Positions 60,367 to 64,000 of a stretch of DNA of 64,000 bases are shown in pieces. Position 1 is the stretch's first letter. The number at the start of each line of letters is the position of its first letter. The notes under the pieces were generated by a model. It made no database searches and had not been told where the DNA came from. It saw nothing but the letters and a program-made list of their open reading frames with translations. This DNA comes from an uncultured Planctomycetaceae bacterium (GTDB taxonomy: Bacteria; Planctomycetota; Planctomycetia; Pirellulales; Lacipirellulaceae), in assembly GCA_964430075.1 (NCBI GenBank), contig CAYSFP010000008.1, positions 145 to 64,144 on the forward strand. The letters are read 5' to 3'. The translations under genes and the position numbers were made by a program.

Positions 60367-60705
60367 ATGGCCAAGGCAACAAAAGCGAAAAAACCGACCA
60401 AGAGCAGCGCAATTCGAGATTACATGGCGGCGCACCCGAGCGCTGGGCCCACCGAGGTCAGCAAGGCGCTCAAGGCGAAGGGGATTGCAGTGTCCCCGGC
60501 CCACGTCTCCAACGTTCGCCAAGCCGACAAGAAAGGCAAAGGCGGAGCCAAGCGAGGCCGGGCGGCGGCGCGGACTGCAAAGCCAACAAACGGCGAACTG
60601 GTCAACATGGCACATCTTGTCGAGGCTCGCCGCTTTGCCAAAAGCGTGGGCGGCGTCGACCAGGCCGTCACGTTGCTTCAATCGCTCGGTCGCCTCCTTG
60701 CGTAG
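60367..60705 (+). CDS. Small Lys/Ala-rich basic hypothetical protein (planctomycete-type, putative DNA-binding)
   Basis: KSSAIRDY....P.AGP.EV..AL...GI.VS..HVSNVR helical motif, a basic linker and C-terminal F.KSVGG. Confidence 0.8.
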   Translation: MAKATKAKKPTKSSAIRDYMAAHPSAGPTEVSKALKAKGIAVSPAHVSNVRQADKKGKGGAKRGRAAARTAKPTNGELVNMAHLVEARRFAKSVGGVDQAVTLLQSLGRLLA

Positions 60706-60937
60706 CAAGACGGCTACGACACGGTCGCGCAATTCATTTTTCGGTGCGAGCGGCCGTCAAGGCGAAGAACGGCTCGGCTGCTCGCGCTGCGCCATCGCTC
60801 GGTGTGACGCTGGGCCATGGCTTCCAATGCACTTTTCGAGTTGACCTTTCAAACGATGCCGAAAGCGCACAGACAGCCCGGTCCGTTCTGAGCGCATCCA
60901 TCGCGTTACCGGCTGGCGTAACCTCGAAAAGCCCCAA

Positions 60938-61011
60938 TGGGCGATGAAGGACTCGAACCTTCGACCCCCAGCTTGTCGAGCTGGTGCTCTAACCAACTGA
61001 GCTAATCGCCC
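60938..61011 (-). tRNA. tRNA-Val(GAC)
   Basis: Full cloverleaf GGGCGAT-TA-GCTC..GAGC-A-CCAGC-TCGACAA-GCTGG-GGGTC-GAAGG-TTCGAGT-CCTTC-ATCGCCC-A. CCA is not encoded. Confidence 0.95.
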
Positions 61012-61314
61012 GCCCGACCGCTTCGCCTGCTCGCGGCAGGCGCCTCCGGCCAAAGCGTAATCCAGAAAGATAGCATCTGCACGACCGAGGGACCAGGGCT
61101 CGCGAAAACGGCGGCTTCCGGGCTTGCGGGGGATCCCATCTGCCGTCGTGCGTCTGTGCTGGCGCCCCGATCCCACGCGGCGAGACCGTCCTTGTCAAAT
61201 CTTAACGGTTCCGCTCTACTTCTCCGTTACTCCGGTCCGGGCGGGCCGAAGGTGCACGGTCGCCACGTGGGCGGCAACGACGGATCGAGCACGCAGCGCG
61301 TGCACGGGATTGTG

Positions 61315-61491
61315 ATGCGGTTTTCGTTTCAAAATCTGGATACCGGCTGGGGCGAGCTGATGTGCTTCGTCCTGGCGTGGGTGGTGGGCGTCGGCGCCAT
61401 CTGGGCCGATTATGTCGGTCGGTCCAAGGCGCCGAGCGGCGACCGAATTGCGGCCAACGGCCGCGCCGAAGCCCCTGCGTACTTCGACTAG
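61315..61491 (+). CDS. Possible small membrane protein
   Basis: 58-aa ORF with one hydrophobic stretch (LMCFVLAWVVGVGAIW). No family recognised. Confidence 0.3.
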   Translation: MRFSFQNLDTGWGELMCFVLAWVVGVGAIWADYVGRSKAPSGDRIAANGRAEAPAYFD

Positions 61492-61589
61492 CCGCCTTGG
61501 AACGCGGCTGTCGGGCCGCGCCCCCTCCTGGTTCGGTGGGCTGTTGCCGTGCGCACGCATCGGCCGCGGGCGCGTCGCTCAGTTCTGCG

Positions 61590-62978
61590 CTACTCGGCCC
61601 GTACTTCGATGTCGCCGTCGCGCGGCTCGGACGCCGTTTCGTCCACGTCATCGCGGCTGTCGCTCGCCTGCCGTCGCCGCAGGTAGAGCTTGATCGGCAC
61701 TTCCTCGAAGTTCATCGAGTCGCGCACCGCCCCCAGCAGATACCGCTGATAGTTCTTGGCGATCGCCTTGGGCTCGTTGCAGAACAGCACAAGGGTGGGC
61801 GGCTGCACGCCGACCTGCGTGCCGTAGAAGATCTTCGGACGCCGATTCTGAAACAGCGGCGGCGGGTTGCGCTGCACGGCGTCGCGCAGCATGCGATTGA
61901 GCTGCCCCGTGGTGAGCCGCTGCCGCGACTGCTTGAACAACATCTGCGCGTGGTTGAGCAGCGCCTTCATGTTCTTGCCGGTTTTGCCCGTGATGAACGC
62001 GATCGGGGCGTACCGCATCGTGCGGAATGTGTCGTTGAGATAGCGCACCCACTTTTCCGTGGGCATCGACTTCACGAGCAGGTCCCACTTGTTCACCACG
62101 AAGATGCAGGGCTTGTATTCCTCGCCGATGTACTCGACCAACTGTTGATCGACCTTGCTGATCCGCTGCGTCGCGTCGAGGAACAGCAGCACGACGTCGG
62201 CCCGGCGAATGCTCCGTTGCGCTCGGTGGGCGCCAAAAAAGTCGATCGAACCCTGGCTTCGCGTTCGCCGTTGCCCCGGCGTGTCGATGGCCACGAACGC
62301 CTTGCCGTCCAGTTCGAATCGCACGTCGACGCTGTCGCGCGTCGTGCCGGGGATCTCGCTGACGATCATCCGCTCGGCCTGGGCCAGCGTGTTGACGAAC
62401 GTGCTCTTGCCCGTGTTGCGGCGGCCGACGATCGCGACTTTCATCTCGGGCTCGGCGCCCGGCTTCTGGTCGTCGCTCTCGGGCGGCAGCCGCTCGAGAA
62501 TCATGTGCAACAGCACGGCGCGGTTGCGGTTTTGCTTGCTGCTCACCGGCACGATCTTGCCACGGCCCAGGCGATAAAAATCCGCCGCCTGGACGTCGTG
62601 TTTCTCGTCGTCCGCCTTGTTGGCGACGCACAGAATGGGAATGTCGAGATTCCGCAGCCGGCGCCCCACCTCCTCATCCAGCGGCGTCAGCCCCGACCGC
62701 ACGTCGACGACGAACAGGATGACCGATGCGGAGTTGATCGCCGTGTCGATCTGCTCCTCGATGTGCCGGGCGAGATTATCCTCGTCGACCGCGCCGATGC
62801 CGCCGGTGTCGACCAGCTCGAAATAGCGATCCTCGTACGACATGAGGTAGTCGACGCGATCACGGGTGACGCCGGGGCGGTCCTCGACGATCGCCAGGCG
62901 CAGGCCGGCCAGCCAGTTGAACAGGCTGCTTTTGCCCACGTTGGGGCGGCCGACGATGACAACTTTCGGAACAGGCAT
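61590..62978 (-). CDS. der: Ribosome biogenesis GTPase Der (EngA)
   Basis: Two G domains (GRPNVGKS/DTGG/NKAD and GRRNTGKS/DTPG/NKWD) and a KH-like C-terminus. Confidence 0.97.
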   Translation of the reverse strand: MPVPKVVIVGRPNVGKSSLFNWLAGLRLAIVEDRPGVTRDRVDYLMSYEDRYFELVDTGGIGAVDEDNLARHIEEQIDTAINSASVILFVVDVRSGLTPLDEEVGRRLRNLDIPILCVANKADDEKHDVQAADFYRLGRGKIVPVSSKQNRNRAVLLHMILERLPPESDDQKPGAEPEMKVAIVGRRNTGKSTFVNTLAQAERMIVSEIPGTTRDSVDVRFELDGKAFVAIDTPGQRRTRSQGSIDFFGAHRAQRSIRRADVVLLFLDATQRISKVDQQLVEYIGEEYKPCIFVVNKWDLLVKSMPTEKWVRYLNDTFRTMRYAPIAFITGKTGKNMKALLNHAQMLFKQSRQRLTTGQLNRMLRDAVQRNPPPLFQNRRPKIFYGTQVGVQPPTLVLFCNEPKAIAKNYQRYLLGAVRDSMNFEEVPIKLYLRRRQASDSRDDVDETASEPRDGDIEVRAE

Positions 62979-63214
62979 GGGGAGGCGTCGCGACGAAGAC
63001 TCAAGGAAGGACCCTCCATGATAATCCGCGGGCCGCGGGCGGAGTAGCGTGGGTTGGGGGGCGTCGTGACGCCAAGATGCCCGAAAAGTGTAGACCTCAC
63101 GCTCCGCGAGAGGATTTTCGTCTTGCGGAGCGAGACGACTACACTGGCGGCGCCCGGAGTCCGATCCGAACGCCGCGCCAATGGCACACAGAACCGTTCG
63201 TTCGCGACTCCGAC

Positions 63215-63424
63215 AAACAGCTCGGCGACTGGGCAGGAGAGTCCTGGCACGACGAGGTTGTCCTGCAGCACGTCGTCTGCAGCGAACGCTTGGATACTGG
63301 TTCGTGAGTGGTAGACCGTCACCGTTTCCAAACTAGGATCGATGATCCAGACGCTCCGGCAGCCGGCGGCGAGCCAGGCGGCGATCTTCTCGTTCACTTC
63401 GCCCGTGCGGTCGCCCGGGGAACT
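63215..63424 (-). pseudogene. Uma2 (DUF820) endonuclease C-terminal remnant
   Basis: SPGDRTGEVNEKIAAWLAAGCRSVWIIDP..ETVTVY...VVPGLSCPVAELF is the typical Uma2 C-half. There is no N-half and no proper stop. Confidence 0.75.
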
Positions 63425-63453
63425 CTGGCCGCGCGACGAATTTGCATCCGCAT

Positions 63454-64000
63454 TCACCGCAATAAGCATCCGCGCCTCGACTTCGAGGCGACTTGCTCCA
63501 CTGGCTGCTCGTATTCTTCGGACAACTCGATTCGCTTGAGCGCAGCTTCCCCAGAGTTTCTTAAAGCACCCCCCGTTAGCGCATACCGGTTCAAAAAGTC
63601 TTGCACTTTCTTAATGCGTTCCGCCTTCGGCCACGGAGCCAATGCCCATGCAAACAGGATCTCATCGCCAACACGCATCCTCAAAACATCGATCTTATGT
63701 TTGATCTCTGGCGATTTTGGCATCCTGTCGGGTTGACGATGCCAATCCATAACGACTAGAGCATGCATCTCCGCGGTTGCCAGATCATGCTCCTTCAACG
63801 ACGCCAACATCTGGTAATATTCGAGTTAGCGAGAGTCTCGATGTCCTCATGGGAGTATTCTTGGATCGCGTCCAAGAAACGACGCATCTCATTTGGGTCC
63901 TCGCTGTGGCCAACCAGATGAAATTGTGCCCGCAGCCATATCGGCGAGCCGGCCTCGGCTGTCGACGCAGCGTCGCGGATCCATTTTTTTGCAAGAGCGT
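63454..64000 (-). pseudogene. Frameshifted, more AT-rich hypothetical gene running off the window
   Basis: One frame is open from the window end to a TGA at 63795-63797. A second frame continues EYYQMLASLKEH... to 63454. The switch is near 63821-63826. Confidence 0.5.

Noticed and set aside
63038-63051. ops/JUMPstart element (ggcggagtagcgtg)
   Set aside because: It has a 2-nt insertion relative to GGCGGTAGnnTG, is on the wrong strand for der and is far from the polysaccharide operon. No ops was found upstream of 21654.

Overview
This is a GC-rich bacterial chromosomal window, most likely from a planctomycete (Pirellulales-like). That assignment rests on the PVC-type haem-binding proteins, a sulfatase, ThuA and ceramidase-like proteins, a PEP-CTERM protein and 'RRW..FSLR' leaders. 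In order it contains: (i) a minus-strand run of a large secreted hypothetical, Nif3, GT2, a BshC-like protein and an Eis-like GNAT, followed by two small cargo genes bracketed by a duplicated GNAT 3' end; (ii) a Gfo/EamA/BHMT-like/ROK/NagB-like cluster; (iii) a giant PVC-type cytochrome c protein and a decayed glgB fragment; (iv) a ~15 kb Wzx/Wzy polysaccharide cluster (21654-36493); (v) a 3 kb repeat-rich patch with REP/REPIN-like foldbacks, a vapC remnant and a PEP-CTERM gene whose sorting signal is duplicated; (vi) carbohydrate and hydrolase genes, including two unusual fusions, an ECF41-type promoter and a Tm-1-like gene pair; (vii) tRNA-Val(GAC), der and pseudogene remnants. The strongest unexplained signals are a dispersed non-coding element built from TGTCC/GGACA boxes in exactly conserved register (three copies) and a recurring pattern of duplicated or orphaned gene 3' ends next to palindromic mini-elements. 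No integrase, transposase, reverse transcriptase or CRISPR array is visible. Family assignments come from motif recognition by eye, not database searches. Several start codons were chosen manually.
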